From: Nitrosopumilaceae archaeon | Lineage (GTDB): Archaea; Thermoproteota; Nitrososphaeria; Nitrososphaerales; Nitrosopumilaceae | Assembly: GCA_965209085.1 (NCBI GenBank) | Contig: OZ242376.1 | Span: 1,120,001-1,184,000, forward strand | DNA length: 64,000 bases | Direction of reading: 5' to 3' | In this document: positions 41,801 to 43,841 of the stretch, piece by piece | How the letters are laid out: every line of letters begins with the position of its first letter | How positions within the stretch are numbered: position 1 is the stretch's first letter | Translations under genes and position numbers: made by a program | The notes under the pieces: generated by a model | What the model was told of the DNA's origin: nothing | Seen by the model: only the letters and a program-made list of their open reading frames with translations | Database searches by the model: none

Positions 41801-42760
41801 GGGGTCTGTAATGTTGATTATTTGAACGCCAGACTCAGCATATGCTGCGACCAGCGCGTATACTGTGCCATTCAAAGTAACGATGGTGATGCCGAATGGT
41901 TGATGTAGTGTATCAAAACCATCTACATTATCACGTATGCTGTATACAGCAGACGGTGATGAGGGGTCTGTAATGTTGATTATTTGGATGCCGGGGGTAT
42001 TACTATTATAAGATACAACTAGTGCGTATGTGGCATCTTCCAAAGTAACGGTGGCAATGTCGCGCGGTGAGTATAGTGTATCAAAATCACTATTAGGTTT
42101 TATATTAAATGTGGGAGATGGCAATGATGGGTCTGTAATGTTGATTATTTGAACGCCGCTATCACCATAGGATGTGACCAGCGCGTATACGGCGTCGTTC
42201 AAAGTAACGGTGGTAACGGCAGATGGTCGTTTTAGCGTATCAAAACCACCTACATTATCACGTATGCTAGATACGGCAGACGGTGATGAGGGGTCTGTAA
42301 TGTTGATTATCTGAACGCCGTTCTCACCATAGGATGTGACCAGCGCGTATACGGCATCGTTCAAAGTAACGGTGGTAACGGCGAATGGTATATCCAACGT
42401 ATCAAAACCATCTACATTATCACGTATGCTATATACGGCAGACGGTGATGAGGGGTCTGTAATGTTGATTATTTGAACGGCGTCATCAGTATAGGATGTG
42501 ACTAGCGCGTATACGGCGTTGTTCAAAGTAACGGTGGTAATGCCTTGTGGATCCGATAAAGGATATTCTGCGCTATGGATTATGTTCGATGTGGGGTATG
42601 CGAACAGACCTTGGACTGTGACAATTGATAGTATTTGCGCGGCATTATTTTCTACCCCATATGCACGATTTACTGAGATATCCTGATCATCGTATACAAA
42701 TGGTGAAGTAAATGGTAGAGGCGATAGTAATATTAATATGATTATGAGTGCAACGTACAT
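8852..42760 (-). CDS. Giant (11,302 aa) exported surface protein with about 12 LVIVD-type beta-propellers and many Ig-like/DUF5011-like spacers
   Basis: Hydrophobic N-terminus (MYVALIIILILLSP); 54-aa blades YALV..DDGVQIIDITDP.NP; spacers DT..P.I.L.G...DPGA.A.D...Y.Y.A..D.AGN; S/T/N-rich with many N-x-S/T sequons; uninterrupted frame. Confidence 0.92.
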   Translation of the reverse strand: MYVALIIILILLSPLPFTSPFVYDDQDISVNRAYGVENNAAQILSIVTVQGLFAYPTSNIIHSAEYPLSDPQGITTVTLNNAVYALVTSYTDDAVQIINITDPSSPSAVYSIRDNVDGFDTLDIPFAVTTVTLNDAVYALVTSYGENGVQIINITDPSSPSAVSSIRDNVGGFDTLKRPSAVTTVTLNDAVYALVTSYGDSGVQIINITDPSLPSPTFNIKPNSDFDTLYSPRDIATVTLEDATYALVVSYNSNTPGIQIINITDPSSPSAVYSIRDNVDGFDTLHQPFGITIVTLNGTVYALVAAYAESGVQIINITDPTSPSAVYGIRDGVGEFDTLDHPRSITTITLENATYALVTASFDNGIQIINITDPSSPSAVYGIRDNVDGFDTLYDPNIITSVTLNDTVYALVASLGDDGVQIIKFANKEKILSINSNNINPVYAKAGDTLTVKFTVNDTIDNGYATILDLDASSNFADQNFTASITVPATEREGYANFRAVVENNQTSNLVVTQNDMATQNVFVDTISPSITLIGDANYTVFVDTTNPFIPGATASDGDPKYSGIVSTTRNGTLNTSKIGSVILYTYTADSDEAGNPETSVSRTVTVIDHGPLDITALTVSSNNSVNSTNYAKAGDTVRIQINTVSTDITSITGNILGGNFTHEISGNGGIIHLNKTIEQSDTNGNLTFDIYVINSSSYAIRVTQDDLTSGNIIIDTTAPNITLNGANNTVSILNRTYADKNATAYDLSYGYKTILPTGSVTTTSMGTYTLTYTAPDDYAGNQGNTISRTVRVQDASPLEIVSPIGITSNNSNPKYAKTGDTLTIQFAINDTISSHTSQILGLTPAVSISGADFSATITVPPVQTESYATFAAEVVNNDGATLSVTENDVPLASNVFIDTIGPRISLIGASSFNVPLNSTDPFIPGVIITDGDPNYPDTFTTTIIGTLDTSTVGSVIYTYTADSDAAGNSGMSINRTVSVIDYEPINITSLTVSSDNSNASGNYAKSGDVIRITLRTVGSDIGVATGSILGGNFTSNPFGGNTLFEKTITNDDTNGELTFSIHVTNSTGHGIRITQDDLTGENLIIDTIPPLLYLYGANNTVSHLGVPYADDGAYSYDTSYGKQNVSGTGAVNTNSVAEYVITYAVSDWAGNQRQITRTISVEILPEISLTNQIYSFLASPTSNVTKSAAYPHLEDPRNLEIAQIGGTTYALAIGYGGSSITILDISDPQSPSLVFSANTSTANYENLNGVIGISVIQIQSKTYAVTASLFSNSVTMMDITNPASPIVTSSIVNGTNYPFLNVPYSVSTVHIDNNAYALVPSYPNNWVAILDITNPASPIHVGVMKNGTDYALNGVQYVTTVNIDGSTYVLAASRNGNNIAIINISNPASPVQVHVISDSNGVDLELYHVIRIEILHQNGRIYALATGGDSGVQIIDITHMELPFPVSAVQNENGYPALVLAQDIATIRVGNSTYALAPSKPANAVQIIDITNPQLPQPVSAIGSNTDTSYLNDPYAIETVTINGDAYAVVTSRTSDGVQIIKLEHAIESIPSAFSIASNNSNDAYAKAGDTISMQLAVNDTISSYAVQFVNPSVSATTTSGINTINTLVTIPTVSIQGYANYTVSLENSFGVELNLTQDDIIGQNVFVDTIPPRIELIGPAQYTVFVGIQNPTIPGAKALDESPGYSVSNYTVASDPLNTSNIGDIVTYTYTANADAAGNLGASINRTVTVVDFDPIIFTSLIVNSDNSNSSYVKSGDVITITLVTDGSDIGNATGDILGDSFTASASGGSISLTKTVTQSDTNGNLTFDIYVTNSSDYAIRVTQDDLTSENIIIDTTAPNITLNGANNTVSLLNRTYADKNATAYDLSYGYKTILPTGSVTTTSVGTYTLTYTAPDDYAGNQENPISRTVRVQVASPIKFVSIFNDSPVATLDRGTDFNTINNAYYTSVNSFKINNVSYALMLDREFGNILIVNITNPASPSTVYENTSFTNGIAAFLAHDASIFTVNDATYAIAVNSLDRFWILNISNPESPFVILTIKNGTDYPKLDNLQGVTTVTINASVYALITARNDHSVQIVDVTNPSSPQPVSLITDGKDGYDQLNGALGITAIKIGSSIYALVAAVNDDGVQIIDITDPYNPQPASNITNGIGGYDKLDGTFRITAITIGSSTFALAATINDDSVQIIDITDPYNPQPASTITDGKGGYDKLNGAYHITTATIGTSVFALVAAFQDNSVQIINITDPYNPLPTSAIVDNENGYTNLQSPREISVITIDDLTYILVASYDEGIQIIKLGSSPIGITSNNSNPKYAKTGDTLTVQFTINDTISSHTSQILGLTPIVTIHDTNFNATITIPSTQTESYATFAVDITTNGGLSRTVTENDIPVNSNVFVDTIAPAISLTGPSLLLVPPGASDQFIPGAIATDGDSNYASTIIISTNTTFDTSVLGSVLYTYTAGSDVAGNTGNSVTRTVIVSNTMQQEIASLGIESSGIFAKSGDRVYTSLELTGFTPVSASGSLIGENITPSGSKFTLNTRVSDQSPNGNATFYYTLENAAGDVLYVSNYDITDGSYVTIDTIRPAISLFGTDNVSIAKGSTFTDLGAVATDVSYEDTIVNGTGTVNTNVAGTYTLNYAAPADGAGNLGNTVSRTVNVLDVAQLVLDAKFIHSPSGTLTRGTDFSTEILSDTINLFETSGKTYALIAEVSAGAWIIADVTNPALPSIVYNNTFFTPALKTSIFTIDNTQYVIAAGGIGTTSIIDISSPASPSIIATLVNGTDYPRLYNAQSVTTVTIGASTFALFASAHPTNGVQIIDVTNPHSPSHVYYLTDDTDGYLELAGAFDITTVTIGASVYALVASNNDDGVQIIDITDPYSPLPASSVTDGIGGYDTLRNPISITTVTVGSSVYALVASFHDNGVQIINITDPYNPSNASSVTDGMDGYDTLYGPYGITTVTIRSSVYALVASNFDDGIQIIDITDPYNPKPASSIMDNTDGYVNLERSRGVITATINGTTYAFIAANDEGLQIIKLESTQLVISSNNAKPIYAKTGDTLTVQFTINDTISSHTSQILGLNPAVSLSGADFSATITVPPVQTESNATFVIQVTNAEDITLFVTESDISQSNNVFIDTIGPGISIIGSPSFTVPMGTANPLIPGALTSDGDPNYKNTFTTSANATLNTSVPGSVVLYTYTADTDGAGNLGNSVTRTVTVSDAAQPEITSLSITILGSGSDNFAKTGQTTLVTLDLTGFTPSSASGMLLGVNVSPVISGNRVTFNTQVSDQSLNGNATFFITLQSTGGNFLHVSNYDITDGSYVTIDTIKPAISLLGLDTVNIVRGDAFTDSGAVATDISYEDTVVYSSNTVNVDTLGTYTLTYAAPTDSAGNTGNTISRTVNVLNAAQLVLETKLIHSPSGTLTRGTDLNTTNNARHTSVNSFKINNVPYALMLNRESGSIIIVNITNPASPSLVYENTSFTNGTAPFSANDASIFTVNDTTYAIAVNELDRFWILNISNPESPFVILTIKNGTDYPKLDRLHGVTTVTIDASIYALITARNDHSVQIVDVTNPSSPQPVSLITDGMGGYDQLNGALGITAIKIGSSTYALVAAFVDDGIQIIDITDPYNPQPASSITNGKDGYDKLDGVYSITAVTIGSSTFALAAVINDDSVQIIDITDPYNPQPAPTITDGIGGYDKLSDAYYITTTTITTTIATSVFALVVAISDDSVQIIDITDPYNPLPTSAIVDNENGYTNLNSPREISVITIDDLTYILATSFEDGIQIIKLESTQPVNITSNNANPAYAKTGDTLTVQFTINDTISSHTSQLLGLNPTVTVSGKNFIATTTVPSIQSEEYATFEANVANIHGDSIRIIHDDFTSNVFVDTIPPRVTLTGNADYTIPRNAPLFIPGVIASDGDPNYVQSYTYTDVGNVNTGTVGSSLTRTYTVNDDSAGNPGPSIDRTVLVINVDSIPVSSLSITSTSGNNFARAGQNVKVTLDTGTSSPNGATGTIFGESFTSVFSGSQAVFTAIVSSDTANGNVLFSITVTESDGSQTSLSNGQLTDDSHVTIDTVKPVISLMKGAQSVIQNTAYIDPGYAISDLGNPSYNGSVSVSSISTLQTGIFTITYTGTPDAAGNFPDSVQRSLYVTDIAIAATSLSLSSNNAKNTSFARIGDTLTLTVITDGIIGNASATIAGISTSLLKTQTQAQFTLQVSESIADTENLAFEIYISNNDNSLTVRLTQNDSSMPLAVDNTPPSITLRGINNSVIVLGTVFIDLGAVATDASYDDIVVNGTGTVNTNVIATYTLVYTAPADAAGNAGDTISRTVNVLNVAQLAFENKFIHSPSGSLIRGIDFPDPIFTNNINLFETSGKTYALLAHGSSGAWIIADVTNPASPSLVYVNASYASAYKTSIFTIDNNQYAITAGSTGTNRIIDISLPASPSVIATLVNGTEYPRLYNAQSVTTVTIGASTFALFASGNPSNGVQIIDVTNPHSPSPVSYLTDDTDGYLELGDANDITTVTIGASVYALVASYDNGIQIIDITDPYNPLPASSITDGMDGYDELDGPYSITTVTVGSSVYALAASINDDGVQIINITDPYNPSNASSTTEGIGGYDELDGPYSITTATVGSSVYALVVSIFDEGIQTIDITNPYNPKPAYSFMDNTDGYENLDDSRAVITATINGKIYAFIASNDGLQIIKLESPPVNIISNNTNPAYAKTGDTLTVQFTINDTISSHTSQILGLNPAVSISGADFSATITVPSVQTESYATFAVQVANAEGTTLFVTESAIPQNSRIFIDTIAPEISLIGNSSFTVPLNSIDPPIPGVIITDGDSNYPDTFTTAIIGTLDTGMINSTVTYTYTAATDGAGNAGPSVTRTVTVSNSSQTFVTSLGISGTGSDNFVRAGQTVSLTLVLDSFDPISVSGTLFGTNATPVISGNTVTLSATISDQSPNGDAMFTILLENARGNILYMTNSEITDNSYVTIDTIKPAISLRGTDNVNVAKGAIFTDPGAIATDASYANTIVNGTGTVNTNVAGTYTLNYAAPADVAGNQGNTVSRTVNVLNVAQLALETKFIHSPSGILTRGTDFPTVISADSINLFETSGKTYVLLAHGSIGAWIIADVTNPALPSVVFSNTSFASTYKTSIFTIDNNQYAIAAGGNGATRIIDISSPASPSVIATLVNGTDYPRLYNALGVTTVTIGASTFALFASASPSNGVQIIDVTNPHNPSPVSYLTDDTDGYFELGHAFGITTVTIGASVYALAIGFLDDGVQIINITDPYNPLPASNITDGIDGYDELDGPYDITTVTVGSSVYALVTGAVDDGVQIINITNPYNPLPASSVTDEVGGYNTLDDPYDITTVTVGSSVYALVASFNDDGIQIIDITDPYNPQPAYSLTDNTGGYVNLDNSRDIITATINGKIYAFIASNNDGLQIIKLDYTSITLTGDNSNPAYAKTADTLTLQFTVNDTISSHTSQLLGLNPAVSISGADFSATITVPPVQTESYATFAIQVANAEGTTLFVTESAIPQNSRIFIDTIAPEISLIGPSSFTVPLNSIDPSIPGVIITDGDPNYPYTFTTAIIGTLDTSVINSTVTYTYTAATDGAGNAGPSITRTVTVSNSSQTLVTSLGISGAGSDNFARAGHTVSLTLVLDSFDPISVSGTLFGTNATSAISGNTVTLSATISDQSPNGDAMFTILLENAGGNILYMTNSEITDNSYVTIDTIKPAISLRGTDNVNIAKGAIFTDPGATATDASYSNTIVNGTGTVNTNVAGTYTLTYAAPADGAGNQGNTISRTVIVLDAAPLAFVTKFIHSPSGILTKGTDFSTNIPPTTINLFETSGKTYALLTEGSSAAWIIADVTNPALPSIVFNNTGFIPAYKTSIFTIDNTQYAIAAGGIGNTSILDISSPASPSVIATLVNGTEYPRLYNAQSVTTVTIGASTFALFASASPTNGVQIIDVTNPLSPSNVSYLTDDTDGYLELGGAFDITTVTIGASVYALVASNNDDGVQIIDITDPYNPSNASSVTDGMHGYDKLDGAYGITTVTVGSSVYALVASFNDDSIQIINITDPYNPSNASSVTDGIDGYDELDGPYRITTVTVGSSVYALTVSINDDGVQIIDITDPYNPQPTYSLTDNTGGYVNLDNPRDVITATINGKIYAFIASNNDGLQIIKLDYTSITLTGDNSNPAYAKTGDTLTLQFTVNDTISSHTSQILGLTPAVSISGADFSATITVPPVQTESYATFAIQVANAEGTTLFVTESAIPQNSRIFIDTIAPEISLIGPSSFTVPLNSIDPSIPGVIITDGDPNYPDTFTTAIIGTLNTSVINSTVTYTYTAATDGAGNAGPSITRTVTVSNSSQTFVTSLGISGTGSDNFARAGQTVSLTLVLDSFDPTSVSGTLFGINATSAISGNTVTLSATISDQSPNGDAMFTILLENAGGNILYVTNSEITDNSYVTIDTIKPAISLRGTDNVNVAKGAIFTDPGATATDASYSNTIVNGTGTVNTNVAGTYTLTYAAPADVAGNQGNTISRTVIVLDAAPLAFVTKFIHSPSGILTKGTDFSTNIPPTTINLFETSGKTYALLTEGSSAAWIIADVTNPALPSIVFNNTGFIPAYKTSIFTIDNTQYAIAAGGIGNTSILDISSPASPSVIATLVNGTEYPRLYNAQSVTTVTIGASTFALFASASPTNGVQIIDVTNPLSPSNVSYLTDDTDGYLELGGAFDITTVTIGASIYALVASNNDDGVQIIDITDPYNPSNASSVTDGMHGYDKLDGAYGITTVTVGSSVYALVASFNDDSIQIINITDPYNPSNASSVTDGIDGYDELDGPYRITTVTVGSSVYALTVSINDDGVQIIDITDPYNPQPTYSLTDNTGGYVNLDNPRDIITATINGKIYAFIASNNDGLQIIKLDYTSITLTGDNSNPAYAKTGDTLTLQFTVNDTISSHTSQILGLTPAVSISGADFSATITVPPVQTESYATFAIQVANAEGTTLSVTESGIPQNSRTFIDTIAPEISLIGNSSFTVPLNSIDPSIPGVIITDGDPNYPYTFTTAIIGTLDTGVINSTVTYTYTAATDGAGNAGPSITRTVTVSNSSQTLVTSLGISGTGSDNFARAGHTVSLTLVLDGFDPTSVSGTLFGTNATSAISGNTVTLSATISDQSPNGDAMFTILLENAGGNILYMTNSEITDNSYVTIDTIRPAISLRGAQNITIAQGVTFMDPGAVATDASYADTIVYSTSTISTSTVGTYTLSYTAANDAAGNLGSTITRTVNVQNAAHIGFKHNFVDTPAGKITSTNGKTFNTVNFFEISNTPYVLMGSGDGYLIIADITNPILPVITYSNDSFVNANYTTIYKDGSTTYAVSSDTNGDSVSIIDISDPESPTLTTTISNNNGSYPKLDAPHDIAVTTIGGQIYAAVASSASNAVQFIRITTPSSHTSFGAATVFGAQGITTATINDAHFALVAAYDYDSVQIIRINNPNPSSASVVSFASDSTTYPELDGAADITVVKIGSTSFALVASYLDDGVQILNLNSAFLPKSASYITDNATYPELDGAFKIITVKLGTSVFALVAASIDDGIQVIDITDPFNPSPASAIADNTGGYENLDDPRDISIAIIDGLTYALVISRTEGLQIIKMDYAPTTLTLTGDNSNPAFVKTGDTLTLDFTITDAISSHTSQIQSSTPSVTINGENYHATLTVPSAPIESYATFAVGVTNAAGITLFVTESDLSAGGNIFVDTIRPRISLVDPSYQTVLVGSANPSIPGAVATDGSPGYVAEYTSSVSGTLDTSTVGSTVIYTYTANSDAAGNSGMSITRTVSVIDYDPINITSLTVSSDNSNASGNYAKSGDKIRITLRTVGSDIGVATGNILGGNFTSNPFGGNTLFEKTITNDDTNGNLTFSIRVTNSTGHAIRITQDNLTGENLIIDTIPPLLYLYGANNTVSHLGVTYADDGAYSYDTSYGKQDVSGTGAVNTNSVAEYVITYAVSDWAGNQRQITRAISVEILPEISLTNQIYSFLASPTSNVTKSAAYPHLKDPRNLEIAQIGGTTYALAIGFGGNSITILNINDPQSPSLVFSANTSTANYEKLNGVLGISVIQIQSKTYAVTASAFSNSVIMMDITNPASPIVTSSIVKGTNYPFLDVPYSVSTVHIDNNAYALVPSYPNNWVAILDITNPASPIHVGVMKNGTDYALNGVQYVTTVNIDGSTYVLAASRNGNNIAIINISNPASPVQVGVINDNDDLELYHVIRIEILHQNGRIYALATGGDNGVQIIDITHMELPFPVSAVQNENGYPALVLARDIATIRVENSTYALAPSDSTNTVQIIDITNPQLPQPVSAIGSNTDTSYLADPYAIETVTINGDAYAVVTSRTSDGVQIIKLEHAIESIPSAFSIASNNANDMYAKAGDTISMQLAVNDTIFSYTVQFVNPSVSATTTFGLNTINASITIPVMNIQGYANYTVSLENSFGVELNLTQDDIIGQNVFVDTIPPGIELIGPAQYTVFVGAQNPTIPGAKALDDSPGYSISNYTVTSDPLNTSNIGDTATYTYTANADAAGNLGISLTRTVSVIGYDPINITSLTVSSDNSNASGNYAKAGDKIRITLRTDGSDIGEATGSILGGNFTSNPFGGNILFEKIITNDDTNGELTFSIRVTNSTDHGIRITQDNLTGENLIIDTIPPMLYLYGVNNTPSPLDVPYADDGAYSYDTSYGNKTILPTGSVTTTSVGNYTLTYTAPDDYAGNPGPTITRTVIVKSFPKLEITQLTINIATPSHRYLKAGGAFDIVITVNDTIAASAATATVFEISNLVQSQSNNTLRIVNTVPSPSNLEQNITFNITVKNSNGVSITVTENNLTGPNVFVDTIPPNITLIGPANRTIVLDSAYTDPGATARDGDPNYSGNYTAQVNPPLNTSIIGVFVYTYKADDDNAGNLGDSISRTVTVVVVDPINITSLTVSSDNSNASGNYAKSGDKIRITLRTDGSDIGGATGSILGGNFTSNPFGGNTLFEKTITNDDTNGNLTFDIYVTNSSDYAIRVTQDDLTSENIIIDTTAPNITLNGANNTISILNRTYADKNATAYDLSYGNKTILPTGSVTTTSVGNYTLTYTAPDDYAGNPGSTITRTVIVKSFPKLEITQLTIDIATPSHRYIKAGDAFDIVITVNDTVAASAATATVFEISKSAQYISNNSLRIVNTVPSSSNLEQNITFVITVVNSNGVSTTVTENNLTGSNVFVDTIPPNITLIGPANTTIAQDRAYTDPGATARDGDPNYSGNYTAQVNPPLNTSIIGAVFVYTYKADDDNAGNLGDSISRTVTVVVVDPINITSLTVSSDNSNASGNYAKAGDKIRITLRTDGSDIGGATGSILGGNFTSNPFGGNTLFEKTITNDDTNGNLTFDIYVTNSTDHAIRITQDNLTGENLIIDTIPPLLYLYGANNTVSHLGATYADDGAYSYDTSYGKQDVSGTDTVNANSVGEYVVTYAVSDWAGNQRQITRDISVEILPEISLTNQIYSFLASPTSNVTKSAAYPHLEDPRNLEIAQIGGTTYALAIGYGGSSITILDISDPQSPSLVFSANTSTANYENLNGVIGISVIQIQSKTYAVTASLFSNSVTMMDITNPASPIVTSSIVKGTNYPFLDVPYSVSTVHIDNNAYALVPSSPNNWVAILDITNPASPIHVGVMKNGTDYALNGVQYVTTVNIDGSTYVLAASRNGNNIAIINISNPASPVQVHVISDSNGVDLELSNVVAIEILHQNGRIYALATGDDNGVQIIDITHMELPFPVSAVQNENEYPALVSAQDIATIRVENSTYALAPSKPANAVQIIDITNPQLPQPVSAIGSNTDTSYLADPYAIETVTINGDAYAVVTSRTSDGVQIIKLEHAIESIPSAFSIASNNANDMYAKAGDTISMQLAVNDTIFSYAVQFVNPSVSATTTFGLNTINASITIPTASIQGYANYTVSLENSLKVTLNLTQDDIIGQNVFVDTIPPGIELIGPAQYTVFVGTQNPTIPGAKALDESPGYSVSNYTVTFGPLNTSNIGDTVTYTYTADADAAGNLGASINRTVSVIDYDPINITSLTVSSDNSNASGNYAKAGDVIRITLRTDGSDIGGATGNILGGNFTSNSFGGNTLFEKTITNDDTNGNLTFDIYVTNSSDYAIRVTQDDLTSENIIIDTTAPNITLNDANNTISILNRTYADKNATAYDLSYGNKTILPTGSVTTTSVGNYTLTYTAPDDYAGNPGPTITRTVIVKSLPKLEITQLTIDIATPSHRYLKAGDAFDIVITANDTISASAATATVFEISKSAQYISNNSLSIANTVPSSSNLEQNITFVITVVNSNGVSTTVTENNLTGSNVFVDTIPPNITLIGPANTTIVLDSAYTDLGATARDGDPNYSDNYTVQVNPPLNTSILGAVFVYTYKADDDNAGNLGDSINRTVTVVDFDPIIFTSLIVNSDNSNSSYAKSGDVITITLVTDGSDIGNATGNIQDGNFTASASGGSISLTKIVTQSDTNGNLTFSIRVENSTNNVIHVTQNDLTGENLIIDTIPPNITLNGANNTNAEYGQTYTDPGATATDTSYASDMTITGDTVVDTFTQDTYKISYKAPDDPAGNLGPIITRIVTVSDTTPSMLDSLNITSNNGNPAYAKAGDLVTITLTANEIISHVTVEIANITTINTIQNNTLYANYTVQDGQDGPVAFNITVYFISSPTLTVNASDLDSANIIIDTEKPLITLSGPLNYTIPINQNYTDYNATVADNDLLYTGTVSSNVSNLNVSIIGENTITYTAPADNAGNVPNNATRTITVSGIIVNVFSDSAYSSNLAKSGDLITVKITSDLYIGSTLTSATILGRSADATLITGNTIYANITVQSGDTNGNTTFAIILDKNGIPSTINQDAITSTNVVVDTKAPTINSSTTLTPYLVSVAFDESIAITADIDFVLKITGYSLTSFNVKDGSAIPKSILEITITPSTPFESNSQPEIQFDISSNFGELTDLAGNSLSFTTITVSDGIKPSMKSATVVSSNLIEVYFDENVQFIPGTAPLQLLDIDGSLTFISSSISGNTLSISPFLTSFPDAVLNISITEYSSNIEDTSGNIFTASSILTNNTHSMGQYISNDRTIVIQYNMTINPATLDISDYTVSYGLIVDATIDSIALSNDDTTVTLTMTSPFGTGTTPFIEQSGDILNILGDSVNLTRTSTQDLAPPVLVSAISTTTTEIILTFSEPITAPSDNAINYAIIGIEIQDVTKIGSNTVLISINQFTSTVVQITLLSNIQDFSGNTAEREIDRNVFKRG
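12540..19330. repeat. Type-A propeller cassette duplicated at an offset of about 4.49 kb; third copy at about 37580-39870
   Basis: Near-identical ORFs at 12885/17376/37911 and 14280/18765; the block SFLASPTSNVTKSAAYPHL occurs three times. Confidence 0.85.
14570..17030. repeat. Tandem repeat of about 1116 bp (Ig-only module containing TPSHRY), with a third copy near 11430-12540
   Basis: Matching ORFs at 15131/16247 and 14896/16012 (offset 1116); the protein block KLEITQLTI.IATPSHRY occurs three times. Confidence 0.85.
21130..28600. repeat. Tandem 2217-bp (739-aa) repeat, about 3.4 units, inside the giant gene
   Basis: Identical or near-identical antisense ORFs recur at a 2217-bp period (22662/24879; 23208/25425/27642; 21624/23841/26058/28275). 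Boundaries are approximate. Confidence 0.9.
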
Positions 42761-42799
42761 ATTGTACTGTCACATATAATTGTTACATATAATTGTACA
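42761..42799 (-). promoter_or_regulatory. Probable leaderless archaeal promoter of the giant gene, with a duplicated TATA-containing 12-mer
   Basis: ACATATAATTGT occurs twice at 13-bp spacing. On the minus strand TTATAT lies at -27..-32 and -14..-19 from the ATG. Confidence 0.5.
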
Positions 42800-42945
42800 G
42801 TAAATGGTAGCCCTACAAACCCCTCTCTGAGAGGATTTTAACCAATTCTGTGTGCGAATTGATCCCCCTCATACGCATAGTCTCATAAAAGGTCAGAATG
42901 ATGCCAAGCTTTCTCATGCCTTTTGCGTTTTTCAGTCCTCCCTTT
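42800..42945 (-). mobile_element. IS66-family right-end remnant (subtype 1)
   Basis: Terminus GTAAATG; encodes KGGLKNAKGMRKLGIILTFYET; homologous to 53688-53929 and 61745-62114. Confidence 0.75.
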
Positions 42946-43788
42946 TGGTGCGGATCCATGTACAATGAGAACGATTTTTGCATTAAAAATGATAAGATCG
43001 GAGGGCTCATTTTATCATTGCCCTCCGTGCGGTGCCAAATTCTGATGGCATCGCACATCCTATTGCAGAGTGTACCCGGTTCGGATTATAGCCCTCAAGG
43101 CGTATGATACTGCATTCTCTGCGTCCTGGAACGTCTCAAAGTCACGCGGCCAGACATACTCTTTCTTGAGGCTCTCATGGTAGGATTCCACATGAGTATT
43201 TTGCTCTGGCGTATGGTAGTGGATGAATTCTGACCTCACACCGTATGCTTTTACAGCTTGTCAAACTGTAATGAAACATACTGGGAACCGTTATCTGTTC
43301 TTAGGGTAGGATTTGAGCAATCCGGTTTCTTGGAGGCTAAAGCTTCAGTTAATGCTGCAATGGCAGTCTGTGACCGCTCTTGGCTCAAACGCATATCCTA
43401 CCCATTCACGGGTAAATGCAAAGGATGTTGAATAGGTAACACCATTTGTCCGGACCGCACCAAATGTACGTCATGTCAGATTGCCTGAGCTGATCCGGTC
43501 TTTGGGTTTTGCAGGCGTATTCCAGCCCAGATAATTGTATATTTTCTTCATTTTTTTGCAGTTTACAGGTTTACATGTAATGCAAGATATGGCAGCATCC
43601 CTCCAACGACTGAACGTCATCGGACTAATATTGTGTCTGCAGTACAGCTGAGGTAATGCGTGTGTTTATTGACTCATGATGATACGCATCTTTTCATCTA
43701 GAGCATGATGTGGTCTTATTGGCAAATCCACTCGAGGGGGTAAAATTTGTAACACTTGGAGTGTTCTCATTTTATGGGGTCCACTCCG
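42946..43788 (-). mobile_element. Decayed IS3-family (rve integrase) element
   Basis: Frameshifted fragments LRTDNGSQY and HYHTPEQNTHVESYHESLKKEY; imperfect TIRs TGGTGCGGATCCATGTACAATGAGAAC and CGGAGTGGACCCCATAAAATGAGAAC. Confidence 0.75.
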
Positions 43789-43841
43789 TTACGGATAATA
43801 AAGTAAATACTTGATCCATGATCAAGGTATAATCAAATGTT

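Noticed and set aside
9075-42686. Dozens of plus-strand ORFs of 60-270 aa
   Set aside because: They are antisense shadows of the giant gene; they repeat with its modules and have no independent motifs.
42813-43107. ORFs 42813-43058 and 42898-43107, plus similar ones at 48461, 53739, 53819, 56176, 56285, 61740 and 61826
   Set aside because: They are chimeric or antisense frames across IS fragments, not genes.
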